Assembly: GCA_963692865.2 (NCBI GenBank) | Contig: OY843592.1 | Span: 32,001-96,000, forward strand | Direction: 5' to 3' | Origin: a bacterium | Lineage (GTDB): Bacteria > UBA8248 | DNA length: 64,000 nt | Shown here: positions 30,240-39,676 of the stretch, piece by piece | How positions within the stretch are numbered: the first letter of the stretch is position 1 | Layout: each line of letters begins with the position of its first letter | The notes under the pieces: model-generated | What the model saw: the letters and a program-made list of their open reading frames with translations, nothing else | Databases searched by the model: none | Told to the model about the DNA's origin: nothing | Made by a program: the position numbers and the translations under genes

Positions 30240-30481
30240 ATGCCAGAAATGAATTAGAAGGAAAGGTGGGTGAGCTTGATGTAGTACAACTTGAGAAGCG
30301 CTTAACGGAATTAGCAACACGCGCAGAAACTTATGCTACCGAGAAAGATATTTCTGACCTAAAGACCCTCATTGAGAATAAAACCTCAAGCTTGCAAAGA
30401 TGGGCCATCGGCGTCCTTATTACTGCGTGTATCACTACCACCATCGCCTTGATACGGCTATTTTCTATCCCTAGCAATTAA
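30236..30481 (+). CDS. Coiled-coil protein with C-terminal transmembrane helix (DUF1640/CCDC90-like), IS passenger
   Basis: ATGA overlap with the upstream gene; ATEKDISDLK...LQRWAIG motif followed by a hydrophobic helix. Confidence 0.65.
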   Translation: MNARNELEGKVGELDVVQLEKRLTELATRAETYATEKDISDLKTLIENKTSSLQRWAIGVLITACITTTIALIRLFSIPSN

Positions 30482-30741
30482 ATGGGCTTGAATTAACCCA
30501 CTCACCTTTTCGGCACTTTCGTATATAATTCCCATAAAATTGGATAAATTCACGGGGTTTTTCGATAAATTGATGAAAAGATTACCTCCTGTAATTGATT
30601 GTAATAAAAGGAGTTATTACATAAATCTCAGCGCGCCGCACTCAGATATGGCGGTAAAAAAAGTTTTCCGGCAACCCCGCATTTCCCCGCAACAGCCCGC
30701 ATTTCCCCTCGCGCCGCATCACATCGGCAACCCCCCTCCCC

Positions 30742-30931
30742 GGGGCTGTTGAAAAAGCCTGTTCCGGGGTCGGGCGGACACACAGGTCCGCCCCTACGTT
30801 TCGTTTCGCAGAGGTTGGTAGGTCAGACATATCATGCGGCCCGCTTTGTGGAGGCGAAAATCAGGGCCGCATGATATGCGGCCCCTACGGTGAGATCCCG
30901 ACCGGCCCGCAAGGGCTTTTTCAACAGCCCC
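30742..30931. mobile_element. 190-bp MITE-like element with perfect 18-bp TIRs enclosing REP palindromes
   Basis: GGGGCTGTTGAAAAAGCC (30742-30759) and GGCTTTTTCAACAGCCCC (30914-30931). Confidence 0.7.
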
Positions 30932-31049
30932 TCCCCACTCGCGTCGAACCCTCCCTCCCCGGTCGGGTTCGACATATACGAAACGTCTTGTCTGGGCTAT
31001 AATCGCCCCATCCAGCCATCAACATCTGAACCACCATGTGGAGGAAGAC

Positions 31050-32372
31050 ATGGACGAGCTCAAACGACACGCCGTCGACTACCTCGACGGCCAGGCGGGC
31101 GAGGCGCGCGAAATCGCCCGCGAAATCTGGAACTTCGCGGAAATCGCCTTAGAGGAATTCAAGTCCGCGGAACTGCTCGAAGACTTGCTCGAGCAAAATG
31201 GATTCGAGGTTCAGCGCGGCGTGGGAGATCTCCCCACCGCCTTCATCGCGAGATGGGGCGACAGCGGCCCCGCGGTGGGAATTCTCGGGGAATACGACGC
31301 GCTCCCCCACTGCGGCGATTCCCACGAAAAACAGGGCCACGGCTGCGGGCACAACCTCTTCGGCACGGCGAGTTCCTACGCCGCGATTGCGGCCGCTCGC
31401 GCGCTGCAAGAATCGGGGACGAAAGGCCAGGTCGTGTGCTTCGGCTGTCCTGCGGAGGAAACCCTGGAGGGCAAGGTGTACATGGCGCGAGACGGCGCGT
31501 TCGACGGACTCGACGCCGCCGTCACCTGGCATCCCGGCGAGAAGAACTTCACCCGGGGCGGCAGCACGAACGCGATGGACTCCATCGTCTTCGAGTTCTA
31601 CGGCGAGACGGCCCACTCGGCCCGAGACCCGTGGAACGGCAGAAGCGCGCTCGACGGCGTGGAAATCATGAACTACGGCGTCAACATGATGCGCGAGCAC
31701 GTCATCGAGCCGGTCAAGATCCACTACGTGATCACCGACGGCGGGGTGGCGCCCAACGTCGTGCCCTCCTATTCGCGCGTGTGGTACTACGTCCGCGCGC
31801 CAAAAAGGGCGATGGTCAACGAACTGAGCGAGCGCGTGCGAAACTGCGCGAAGGCCGGCGCGCTGGCGTCCGGCACCACGATGAAGGAAACCCTGCTCAC
31901 CGCCGTGTACGAGAATCTGCCCAACAGCGCCCTCGCCAATTGCGTGCAGCGAAACCTCGAATTCGTGGGCGCGCATACCTATACGGAAGATGCGAAGGAA
32001 TTCGCCCGGAATCTTGGCTATGAGACGCCGCTTTCGGAGGATGTCTCGCCACTCGACCCGGCGGACATCCGCCCGAGCAACGAGCGCGGCAACGTGAGCT
32101 GGCTCACGCCCCTGGGCAACCTGATGGTCACCTGCCACGCGCCCGGGACGCCCGGGCACTCATGGCTCGCCACGCAGCAATACGGGATGGAAATCGGGGA
32201 GAAGGGCATGATGACAGCCGCCAAGACCATGGCGGCCACCGCGCTGGAACTCATCGGTGACGAGAGCGTATTGAAGCAGGTGCGGGAGGAGTTCGAGGAG
32301 AAGACGAGGGGTTTCACATACGACCCCATCGTCCCCGAGGGGCAAAAACCGAACCCCCTGGGCATGAGATAG
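31050..32372 (+). CDS. M20 amidohydrolase (AbgB-like)
   Basis: GEYDAL, GHGCGHNLFG, CPAEE, WHP and PWNGRSALDGVE motifs. Confidence 0.9.
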   Translation: MDELKRHAVDYLDGQAGEAREIAREIWNFAEIALEEFKSAELLEDLLEQNGFEVQRGVGDLPTAFIARWGDSGPAVGILGEYDALPHCGDSHEKQGHGCGHNLFGTASSYAAIAAARALQESGTKGQVVCFGCPAEETLEGKVYMARDGAFDGLDAAVTWHPGEKNFTRGGSTNAMDSIVFEFYGETAHSARDPWNGRSALDGVEIMNYGVNMMREHVIEPVKIHYVITDGGVAPNVVPSYSRVWYYVRAPKRAMVNELSERVRNCAKAGALASGTTMKETLLTAVYENLPNSALANCVQRNLEFVGAHTYTEDAKEFARNLGYETPLSEDVSPLDPADIRPSNERGNVSWLTPLGNLMVTCHAPGTPGHSWLATQQYGMEIGEKGMMTAAKTMAATALELIGDESVLKQVREEFEEKTRGFTYDPIVPEGQKPNPLGMR

Positions 32373-32417
32373 AAATCATCCAAGGATGATGCACAGTACG
32401 AACCAAAGGAGCAGACT

Positions 32418-33257
32418 ATGAAGTTCGGCGTCGCGATTTTCCCGACCGATTATTCCATCGCCCCGCACCGGGTCGCCAAGGAGGCGGAAGACAGGGGTTT
32501 CGAGTCCATCTTTTTCCCGGAGCACACCCACATTCCGGCGAGCAGAAAAACCCCCTGGCCCGGCGGCGCGGAACTCCCGAAGGAATACTCGCACTCGCTC
32601 GATCTTTTCGTGGCGCTGGGGGCAGCGGCGGCGGCGACGGAAAAAATCATGCTGGGCACGGGCATCTGCCTCGTCATCGAGCGCGACCCGATCACCCTCG
32701 CCAACGAGATGGCTTCGCTCGACCACATATCGAACGGCCGCGCGCTATTCGGGGTGGGCGGCGGCTGGAACCGCGAGGAGATGGAAAACCACGGGACGAA
32801 CTACGAGAAGCGCTGGATTATCCTGCGCGAGCGCATCGAGGCCATGAAAGCCATCTGGACGGAAGATGAGGCCAGCTATCACGGAGATTTCGTGGATTTC
32901 GAGCGCATCTGGTCCTGGCCCAAGCCGGTGCAGAAGCCGCATCCACCCATACTCGTGGGCGGCAACGGGGCGAGAACGCTGGATCGCGTGGTGCGCTACG
33001 GAGACGAGTGGATGCCGCTGCCGCGCGGTGGCCTGGACCTCTCGCCGCGAATTCGGGAACTTCAGGATCTGGCCGCCAAGGCGGGGCGAGCGCCCATTCC
33101 GGTCACCATATTCTTCGCGCCTCCCGACCTGGAACAGTTGCATGCTTTCGAGAACCTCGGCGTGGGAAGGAGCCTCTTCCACCTGCCCTCGGCGGAGGAA
33201 GACGTCATCTTGCCGAAACTCGACGAGTTGGCCGGCGTCGTGGCGCAATACGGTTAA
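32418..33257 (+). CDS. LLM-class (luciferase-like) oxidoreductase, putative F420-dependent
   Basis: PEHTHIP, GWNREEMENHG and WPKPVQKPHPPILVGG motifs. Confidence 0.85.
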   Translation: MKFGVAIFPTDYSIAPHRVAKEAEDRGFESIFFPEHTHIPASRKTPWPGGAELPKEYSHSLDLFVALGAAAAATEKIMLGTGICLVIERDPITLANEMASLDHISNGRALFGVGGGWNREEMENHGTNYEKRWIILRERIEAMKAIWTEDEASYHGDFVDFERIWSWPKPVQKPHPPILVGGNGARTLDRVVRYGDEWMPLPRGGLDLSPRIRELQDLAAKAGRAPIPVTIFFAPPDLEQLHAFENLGVGRSLFHLPSAEEDVILPKLDELAGVVAQYG

Positions 33258-33260
33258 GAT

Positions 33261-33298
33261 AAAAAAGCCCCCGGCAGGCTGCAACCCGCCGGGGGCTT
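33261..33298. terminator. Intrinsic terminator between convergent genes
   Basis: 11-bp stem AAGCCCCCGGC / GCCGGGGGCTT with an A-run on the left, giving a U-tail for the minus-strand msrA transcript. Confidence 0.75.
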
Positions 33299-33314
33299 AC
33301 TCGTTCGTGTGCGG

Positions 33315-33779
33315 TTAGTGGCAGATGATCCCGTTTTTCTCGGCGTATTGCTGGTGATAGTCCTCGCCAATCCAGAATCGTGACGCTGGGGTAATCTCTG
33401 TCACAATCGGCCCCCAGTGGCGCCCCGATTTCTCCTCCTCCTGCTTGGAAGACTGCGCAGCGGCCTCCTGCTCGGGCGAGAAGAAATAAATCGCCGAGCG
33501 GTACTGGGCGCCCACGTCGGGACCCTGGCGGTTCAGCGTGCACGGGTCGTGAATCCGCCAGAACAACTCCAAGAGTTGGCGGTAAGAGACTTTCTCGGGT
33601 TCGAACTCCAGGTAGACGACTTCCGCATGTCCCGTGCGGCCCGTGCATACCTCCCGGTAGGTGGGCTCATTCTTCGCGCCGCCCGAATATCCCACCGCGG
33701 TGTACGCCACGCCTTCCACTTTGCGGAACGCCGCCTCCACCCCCCAGAAACAACCTGCGCCGAACATGGCCTTTTCCAT
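33315..33779 (-). CDS. msrA: Peptide methionine sulfoxide reductase A
   Basis: [33 protein letters not shown] and EDYHQQY motifs. Confidence 0.96.
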   Translation of the reverse strand: MEKAMFGAGCFWGVEAAFRKVEGVAYTAVGYSGGAKNEPTYREVCTGRTGHAEVVYLEFEPEKVSYRQLLELFWRIHDPCTLNRQGPDVGAQYRSAIYFFSPEQEAAAQSSKQEEEKSGRHWGPIVTEITPASRFWIGEDYHQQYAEKNGIICH

Positions 33780-33809
33780 AAATTACGCTCCTCGCTGAAA
33801 AGAGAAGAA

Positions 33810-34907
33810 CTACGGCTCTATTTCCAAGCTGCCGGGCAAGCCTTCCACCACCTCGCCGAATACGGCGGCGGGAGCCACGCCGGCTTCGTGCAGTTCGTCC
33901 AACAGGGCCTTCGCCTTTTCCGCATCCACGGCGATGACGAGTCCGCCGGATGTCTGCGCATCGTTGAGCAACGCGATCATCTCCTCATCGACGCCCGGTT
34001 TCGAGTCGACGAACGGCTTCGTCCACACGCGGTTGCGCTCGCCACCTCCCGCCGTGCCCGCGATGGCGTGGGGGAGCAATTCCTCGAACCGGGGGACATC
34101 GGAAAAAACGACCCGCGCCCGCGCGCCGCTGGCCTCCATCACGTTGTGCAGATGTCCCAAGAGGCCGAACCCGGTCACGTCCGTGCAGGCGTTTACGCCC
34201 ACGCGCATCATCCGTTCGCTCGCCTTTTTGTTGAGCGCCTTCATCGAATCCACGGCCTCTTCGAACACGCCGTCGCGAAGCGAACCGTTTTTCCCGAAAA
34301 TGCCGCGCGCGGCCCGCACCACCGGGTTCACCTGCTTCGTCACGTTGGTGACGACGCCGGTGCCGATTTTCTTCGTCAAAACGAGCTTATCGCCCGGTTT
34401 CGCCCCCTGGTTCGTGACCATCTTCCTGGGGTCGACCGTTCCCGTGACGGCGATGCCGTATTTGGGCTCCACGTCATCCACGCTGTGGCCGCCCACGATA
34501 ACGCCGCCCGCCTCGCGCATCTTGTCCGCGCCGCCGGCGAGGATTCTCCCCAGCACGTCCAAGCCGATGTGGCAGGGGAAGCCCACCAGATTCAGCCCGG
34601 TAATCGGCTGCGCGCCCATGGTGAAGCAATCGCTCAGCGCGTTGGCGGCGGCTATCTGGCCGTAGTCGTAGGGGTCGTCCACGATGGGCGTGAAGAAATC
34701 CACCGTCTGGACGATGGCCAGGTCTTCTCTGAGCCGATACACGCCCGTATCGTCACCGGCGTTCGTTCCGTAGAGCAGGTTGGGGTCCGAAAACGGCTCG
34801 AACCGGCTCAAAGCCTCCCGCAGGTCCTCCGGACCCAGCTTCGAACCTCACCCGCCCGCCTTGACCATCCGGGTAAGCTGTACCTTTCTCTCCGATGCAG
34901 TCGCCAT
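33810..34907 (-). CDS. selD: Selenophosphate synthetase, selenocysteine-containing (Sec at codon 20)
   Basis: ATG at 34907 after GAGGAT gives MATASERKVQLTRMVKAGG-TGA-GSKLGP, in frame with DDTGVY, QTVDFFTPIVDDP, TDVTGFGLLGH and QTSGGL. Confidence 0.93.
34806..34850 (-). promoter_or_regulatory. Bacterial SECIS-like hairpin 3' of the selD UGA
   Basis: GGUUCGAAGC pairs with GCUUUGAGCC. The apical GGUCC-GGA-GGACC hairpin has a G-starting loop about 17 nt after the UGA. Confidence 0.7.
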
Positions 34908-35041
34908 ATCCTCGCCTCAAAATCCCGAAGCGGCTTGGGAAAATTCCCGTCCGGGGGGATAATAATACATCTCCGGGGGATAGACAAAAAACTGATTTCT
35001 TTTCCCACTTTCTCAATCAATGCCCCTGAAAGGACACCCGA

Positions 35042-36010
35042 ATGAAAGTCGTGATTTCAGACGATTATCAAGACTGCATCCGCAATCTCGATTGCTTTTC
35101 CAAGATGGCGGAACACGACGTCACGATCCACAACGACACGCTGGATGACATCGACGCCCTCGCGGCTCGGTTCCGGGACGCGGAAGCCATCGTCCTGATC
35201 AGGGAACGCACCCACATCACGGAAGAATTGCTCGTCAGACTCCCAAACCTCAAAATCGTGAGCCAGACGGGCGCCGGCTTCGGCGGACACGTCGACCTGG
35301 AAGCTTGCACGCGCCACAAAGTGGCCGTGGCCGCGGGAGGCGCGGGCACTCATTCCACATGCGAACTCACCTGGGGCCTCATCCACTGCGCCATGCGCTC
35401 CATCCCCCAGGAGATCAGGAACCTGGCTGAGGGCGGGTGGCAGACCACACTGGGCGAAGACCTCTACGGCAAGACGCTCGGCGTATATTCCTACGGCAAC
35501 ATCGGCAGCCAGGTGGCCGCCGTGGGAAAGGCCTTCGGCATGAGCGTCATTACCTACGGGAGAGCGGGTTCCGCCGAGCGCGCCCGGGCGGACGGCATTC
35601 CGATAGCCGATAGCAAGGAGGCGCTCTTCGCAGAGGCCGACATCGTGAGCCTCCATATTCGCTTGATCCCCCAGACGAGGGGCATCGTGACGGCGAAGGA
35701 TTTGGGCCTCATGAAACCGAGCGCCCTCTTGGTGAACACAAGCCGCGCCGGGCTGATAGAAGAAGGCGCCCTCGAGGCGGCGCTCAAGGCGGGCAGGCCC
35801 GGTTTCGCCGCCGTAGACGTGTATGAGAAAGAGCCTGTTCGAGGTGCAGAACATCCGCTCTTGAGCATGAAGAACGCGGTTTGCACGCCGCATCTGGGCT
35901 ACGTCACGCGGGGCACGTTCGAGAGATATTTCGGGATCGCCTTCGATCAAATCAACGCCTTCGCCGATGAGCAGCCGATAAACATCCACAACCCCGAAGT
36001 CCTGGAATGA
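35042..36010 (+). CDS. D-2-hydroxyacid dehydrogenase family protein
   Basis: DDYQ, IRERT, YGNIG, VNTSRA, DVYEKEP and TPHLGYVT motifs. Confidence 0.9.
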   Translation: MKVVISDDYQDCIRNLDCFSKMAEHDVTIHNDTLDDIDALAARFRDAEAIVLIRERTHITEELLVRLPNLKIVSQTGAGFGGHVDLEACTRHKVAVAAGGAGTHSTCELTWGLIHCAMRSIPQEIRNLAEGGWQTTLGEDLYGKTLGVYSYGNIGSQVAAVGKAFGMSVITYGRAGSAERARADGIPIADSKEALFAEADIVSLHIRLIPQTRGIVTAKDLGLMKPSALLVNTSRAGLIEEGALEAALKAGRPGFAAVDVYEKEPVRGAEHPLLSMKNAVCTPHLGYVTRGTFERYFGIAFDQINAFADEQPINIHNPEVLE

Positions 36011-36101
36011 GGGCTATTCCGCGTCGATCCCGCATTCGGCTTGATTTTTTGCGCGTGTCGGTGTTCAATCGCCTCCCGAAGCCGAGAAATCACTCACATC
36101 T

Positions 36102-37259
36102 TTGAGGTTCACCAATTTGGATTTTGCCTTCAATGAGCGCCAGGAACTCATGCGCCGTACGCTGCACGAGCTTTTGGAACGAGTGTGCCCTCCCGAATAC
36201 GCAATGGAGTGCGATAAAAAGGGCGAAGCCCCCATCGAGGCATACAAGGCCATGGCCGATGACGGCTGGATAGGCGTGTCCACGCCGGAGGAATACGGCG
36301 GCATGGGAGGCGACGCGCTCGATCTGGCCCTTGTCCTTGAAACCGCAGGCATGCACTATCTGGACCTCGCCACCATGATCTTCAGAAACGTCTGCTACGG
36401 TGTGGACGCTCTCTTGGTCAGCGGAACGAACGCGCAGAAAAAAGATTTCATCCCCGCCACCATCCAGGGGGAGAAGTATTTCGCCTTCAGTCTCACTGAA
36501 CCCGACGCCGGCTCGGACGCGGCGGCCATCATCGCCCGCGCGGACCGGGAAGAAGACCGCTTCCGCCTCACGGGCACAAAAAACTTCACTTCCGGTATGC
36601 CGACGGCCACACACATTCTCGTCGCCGCGCGAACGGACAACTCGGGCGCCAAGCACGAGGGCATCACGAACTTCATCATCCCCGCCGACGCCGAGGGCGT
36701 CACCTGGTCGAAGCTCGATTTGCTCGGCCACCGGGCGATGGGGACGTGCGTGGTGCATTATGACGCCGTGGAGGCGAGCGAAGCCGATGTTCTGGGAGAA
36801 GTGGGAGACGGCTGGCAGGGCCTCATGGCCTACATCACCACCGAGCGTCTGTGCCTGTCCGCAGCGCGTACGGGCGCGGCGGCGGCGGCCCTTGAGTTGG
36901 CTCTCAATCACGCGAAGGAAAGAAAGCAATTCGGCCGCCCCATCGGGAAATTCCAGGCCGTGAGCCACATGCTCACCGAAATGCACATGCTTGTCGATAC
37001 GGCGCGGCTCCAAGTCTACCGGTTCGCGTGGCTGGTCTCTCAGGGAAAGGCGGGGCGCATCGAGGCGGCGACGCTCAAGCTCTACGCCGGAGAGGCATAT
37101 AAGCGGGTGGCCGACCTGGGCGTGCAGGTGATGGGCGGGTACGGCTACAGCGGAGAATACGCGATGGAACGCCACTACCGCGACGCGCGGCTGGCCACCA
37201 TCGGCGCGGGCACGAGCGAGGTGCAGAGAAACATCATCGCCAAGGCGCTGGGACTTTAA
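36102..37259 (+). CDS. Acyl-CoA dehydrogenase
   Basis: PEEYGG, SLTEPDAGSD, RKQFGRPIGKFQAV, GGYGY and GTSEVQR motifs. Start approximate. Confidence 0.92.
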   Translation: MRFTNLDFAFNERQELMRRTLHELLERVCPPEYAMECDKKGEAPIEAYKAMADDGWIGVSTPEEYGGMGGDALDLALVLETAGMHYLDLATMIFRNVCYGVDALLVSGTNAQKKDFIPATIQGEKYFAFSLTEPDAGSDAAAIIARADREEDRFRLTGTKNFTSGMPTATHILVAARTDNSGAKHEGITNFIIPADAEGVTWSKLDLLGHRAMGTCVVHYDAVEASEADVLGEVGDGWQGLMAYITTERLCLSAARTGAAAAALELALNHAKERKQFGRPIGKFQAVSHMLTEMHMLVDTARLQVYRFAWLVSQGKAGRIEAATLKLYAGEAYKRVADLGVQVMGGYGYSGEYAMERHYRDARLATIGAGTSEVQRNIIAKALGL

Positions 37260-37346
37260 CCCTTCCCTCGCTTGATGATTTCGCCGAAAGAGCCGAAACT
37301 GACAACAATCCGAAAGATGAAACGGTATTCATAAGGAAACGATTTC

Positions 37347-37814
37347 ATGCCGTTGGATAGAAGCGTACTGGAGAGAACATTCCCCGAGTTCGAGTTCCGG
37401 GTCGAGCGCGGAAAAATCAGGGAATACGCCCTCGCCCTGGGGCTGACCGACGCGCTGCATACGGACGTGGAGGCCGCCCGGGCGGCGGGTTTTGACGATC
37501 TGCTCGCTCCGCCGACGTTCGTGCGCCAGTTCTGGCACGAAAATCCCCAGAACGACCCCATGCCGCATCTGGGCTACGACCCAAAACGCCGCCTCCATGG
37601 GGAGCAGGAATTCGAATATCATAAACCCCTGGTCGCAGGAATGAACCTGAAGGGAAGAAACGCCATCGTCTCCACCCGTGAGAAAGAAGGGCGCCGGGGC
37701 GGGATGATGACCTTCGTCGTCATCGAAACCAGGTTCGTGGACGAGGAGGGCGAACTGGTTCAGGTGGCGAGGCGCACCCTGATCGAAACCGCGGCCCCTC
37801 CCAAAGAGGCCTGA
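37347..37814 (+). CDS. MaoC-like hot-dog dehydratase subunit (HadA-like)
   Basis: VERGKIREYA, APPTF and LHGEQEFEY motifs. Confidence 0.85.
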   Translation: MPLDRSVLERTFPEFEFRVERGKIREYALALGLTDALHTDVEAARAAGFDDLLAPPTFVRQFWHENPQNDPMPHLGYDPKRRLHGEQEFEYHKPLVAGMNLKGRNAIVSTREKEGRRGGMMTFVVIETRFVDEEGELVQVARRTLIETAAPPKEA

Positions 37815-38257
37815 TGGAGAGCTACATGACAACGACTATCGAGTACGCGAAATGGGAGGAACTCACCGAAGGCGCCGAGCACGAGTTGACGGTAGGCCCC
37901 ATTACCCGGACGGACCTGGTTCGCTACGCGGGCGCCAGCGGAGATTTCAACCCCAATCACCACGATGAGATTTACGCGATCCGGGCAGGGTTCGACAAAC
38001 CTTTCGCGCACGGGATGCTCCAGGGTGGATATCTTGCTCGCCTTCTCAGCGAATGGCTGGGGCCGGATTCTTTCAAGAACCTGAAACTCCGCTTCAGCGC
38101 CCAGGCATGGCCGGGCGACATGGTGATATGCAAGGCCGGGGTCGTGCGCCGATACGAAGAGGCGGGCGAGCGTCTGGTGGAAATCGAGGCGAGCGCAGAG
38201 AACCAGCGCGGCGACGTACTCATCAAGGCCACGGCGACCGCCGCCCCTCAAACCTAA
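37814..38257 (+). CDS. MaoC-family dehydratase (HadB-like)
   Basis: YAGASGDFNPNHHD and AHGML hydratase motif. An alternative start lies at 37826. Confidence 0.88.
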   Translation: MESYMTTTIEYAKWEELTEGAEHELTVGPITRTDLVRYAGASGDFNPNHHDEIYAIRAGFDKPFAHGMLQGGYLARLLSEWLGPDSFKNLKLRFSAQAWPGDMVICKAGVVRRYEEAGERLVEIEASAENQRGDVLIKATATAAPQT

Positions 38258-38273
38258 TTTCAGGATTACTCAA

Positions 38274-39482
38274 ATGCTGGAAGGCTACCGAATTCTCGAT
38301 CTCGGCCAAGTCATCGCCGGGACCATCGGCGGCATGATACTCGCGGACATGGGCGCCGAGGTCATCAAGGTCGAATCTCCACAGGGCGACATCGGGCGCA
38401 ACCCCGCCATCGCGGGCATCGGCTCCGTTTCGAGCATATTTCTCACCTTCAACCGGAACAAGAAGGGCCTTGCCATCGATTTGAAGAAACCCGAAGGCAA
38501 GGAGGTGTTTCTCTCTCTGGTGGAAAAATCCGACGCCGTGATGGTGAACTTCCGGCCCGGCGCCATGGATCGTCTCGGCCTCGGGTTCGACGTGATGAGA
38601 CGGAGAAACCCCGACATCGTATTCGTCGACTCGAGCGGATACGGAGAGCAAGGACCATGGCGCGACAAGCCCGCCTTCGATCTGGTCGAACAGGCCGTAA
38701 GCGGCCATATGTCCATCACGGGCGAGCCGAACCGCCCGCCAGCCAGAAACGGCTCGCCCACGGCGGATATCTCCACCGCTCTCTACACCGCCATCGCCTG
38801 CATGGCGGGTCTGCTGGCCAAGGCGAAAGGAAGAAGCGGTGCGCATCTCGAAGTGCCCATGTTCGACGTTCAGCTCGCCATGCTCGGCTATATTTCGACC
38901 ATGTATCTCAACAACGGCGACATTCCAGAACCGCCCGGCAACGCCCATGAGTACATGGTGCCCTACCAGGCGTTCCCGACGGCCACGATCTACATCGTGC
39001 TCTCCCCGCGTGAGGAGCGATTCTGGAAAAAGATGTGCGAAGTCATGGAAATGAACGAACTCGCGGACGACCCGCGCTTTCGCACAAACGACCTGCGCTC
39101 CAAGAACAGGGACGCCCTCCTCCCCATCATGGAAGAAATCCTGATGACGCGATCCGGCGAGGAGTGGCTCGCGCTCTTCGAGGCGGCGGGCGTTCCCTCC
39201 GCACCGGTGAACCCGCTCGATCGCGCGCTCGATAACGAGCAAGTCGAGGCGAGGCGACTGATACGCGAATACGAATACCCCGAAGTCGGAACCGTGCGGA
39301 TAGTGGGTAATCCCATCCTAAACCGCATAGAAAACGGAAACCCGGATCCCAAGCCCGCCCCACTACATGGAGGCGACACCGAGGCAATACTCAGCGAAGT
39401 TCTCCTCATGTCGGATGAGCAAATCCGCTCACTCATCGAATCCGGGGCCGTTATGACCTCAGGTTCCGAAGTTCCAAGCTAA
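38274..39482 (+). CDS. CaiB/BaiF class III CoA-transferase
   Basis: LADMGAEVIKVE, NRNKK, NFRPG and AFD motifs. Confidence 0.92.
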   Translation: MLEGYRILDLGQVIAGTIGGMILADMGAEVIKVESPQGDIGRNPAIAGIGSVSSIFLTFNRNKKGLAIDLKKPEGKEVFLSLVEKSDAVMVNFRPGAMDRLGLGFDVMRRRNPDIVFVDSSGYGEQGPWRDKPAFDLVEQAVSGHMSITGEPNRPPARNGSPTADISTALYTAIACMAGLLAKAKGRSGAHLEVPMFDVQLAMLGYISTMYLNNGDIPEPPGNAHEYMVPYQAFPTATIYIVLSPREERFWKKMCEVMEMNELADDPRFRTNDLRSKNRDALLPIMEEILMTRSGEEWLALFEAAGVPSAPVNPLDRALDNEQVEARRLIREYEYPEVGTVRIVGNPILNRIENGNPDPKPAPLHGGDTEAILSEVLLMSDEQIRSLIESGAVMTSGSEVPS

Positions 39483-39676
39483 TATATGCCCCACTTCTCT
39501 TCGGCGGCATAATCACAAAAACCAAATCTTCTTGTTCGCCTTCCTTTTCGATAATTCTCCGAGTGTAACAACCGTATATATACAAAATTTTACCGATCAT
39601 GACTTGATTTCGTATTTATTTCGTTATATATTTCGCTTTATTTTTGCTATCCCGCGAAACAACATGGAGAGATGCC

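Larger units (their letters stand above)
27267..30533. mobile_element. IS1595-family transporter IS with passenger genes
   Basis: Perfect 26-bp TIRs GGGAATTATATACGAAAGTGCCGAAA (27267-27292) and TTTCGGCACTTTCGTATATAATTCCC (30508-30533). The 8-bp direct repeat ATAAAATT flanks both ends (27259-27266, 30534-30541). Contains an IS1595 transposase. Confidence 0.95.

Noticed and set aside
33810-34811. selD as a truncated gene or pseudogene starting at TTG 34811
   Set aside because: The upstream frame continues through a TGA at the catalytic position, with a SECIS-like hairpin and a good start at 34907.
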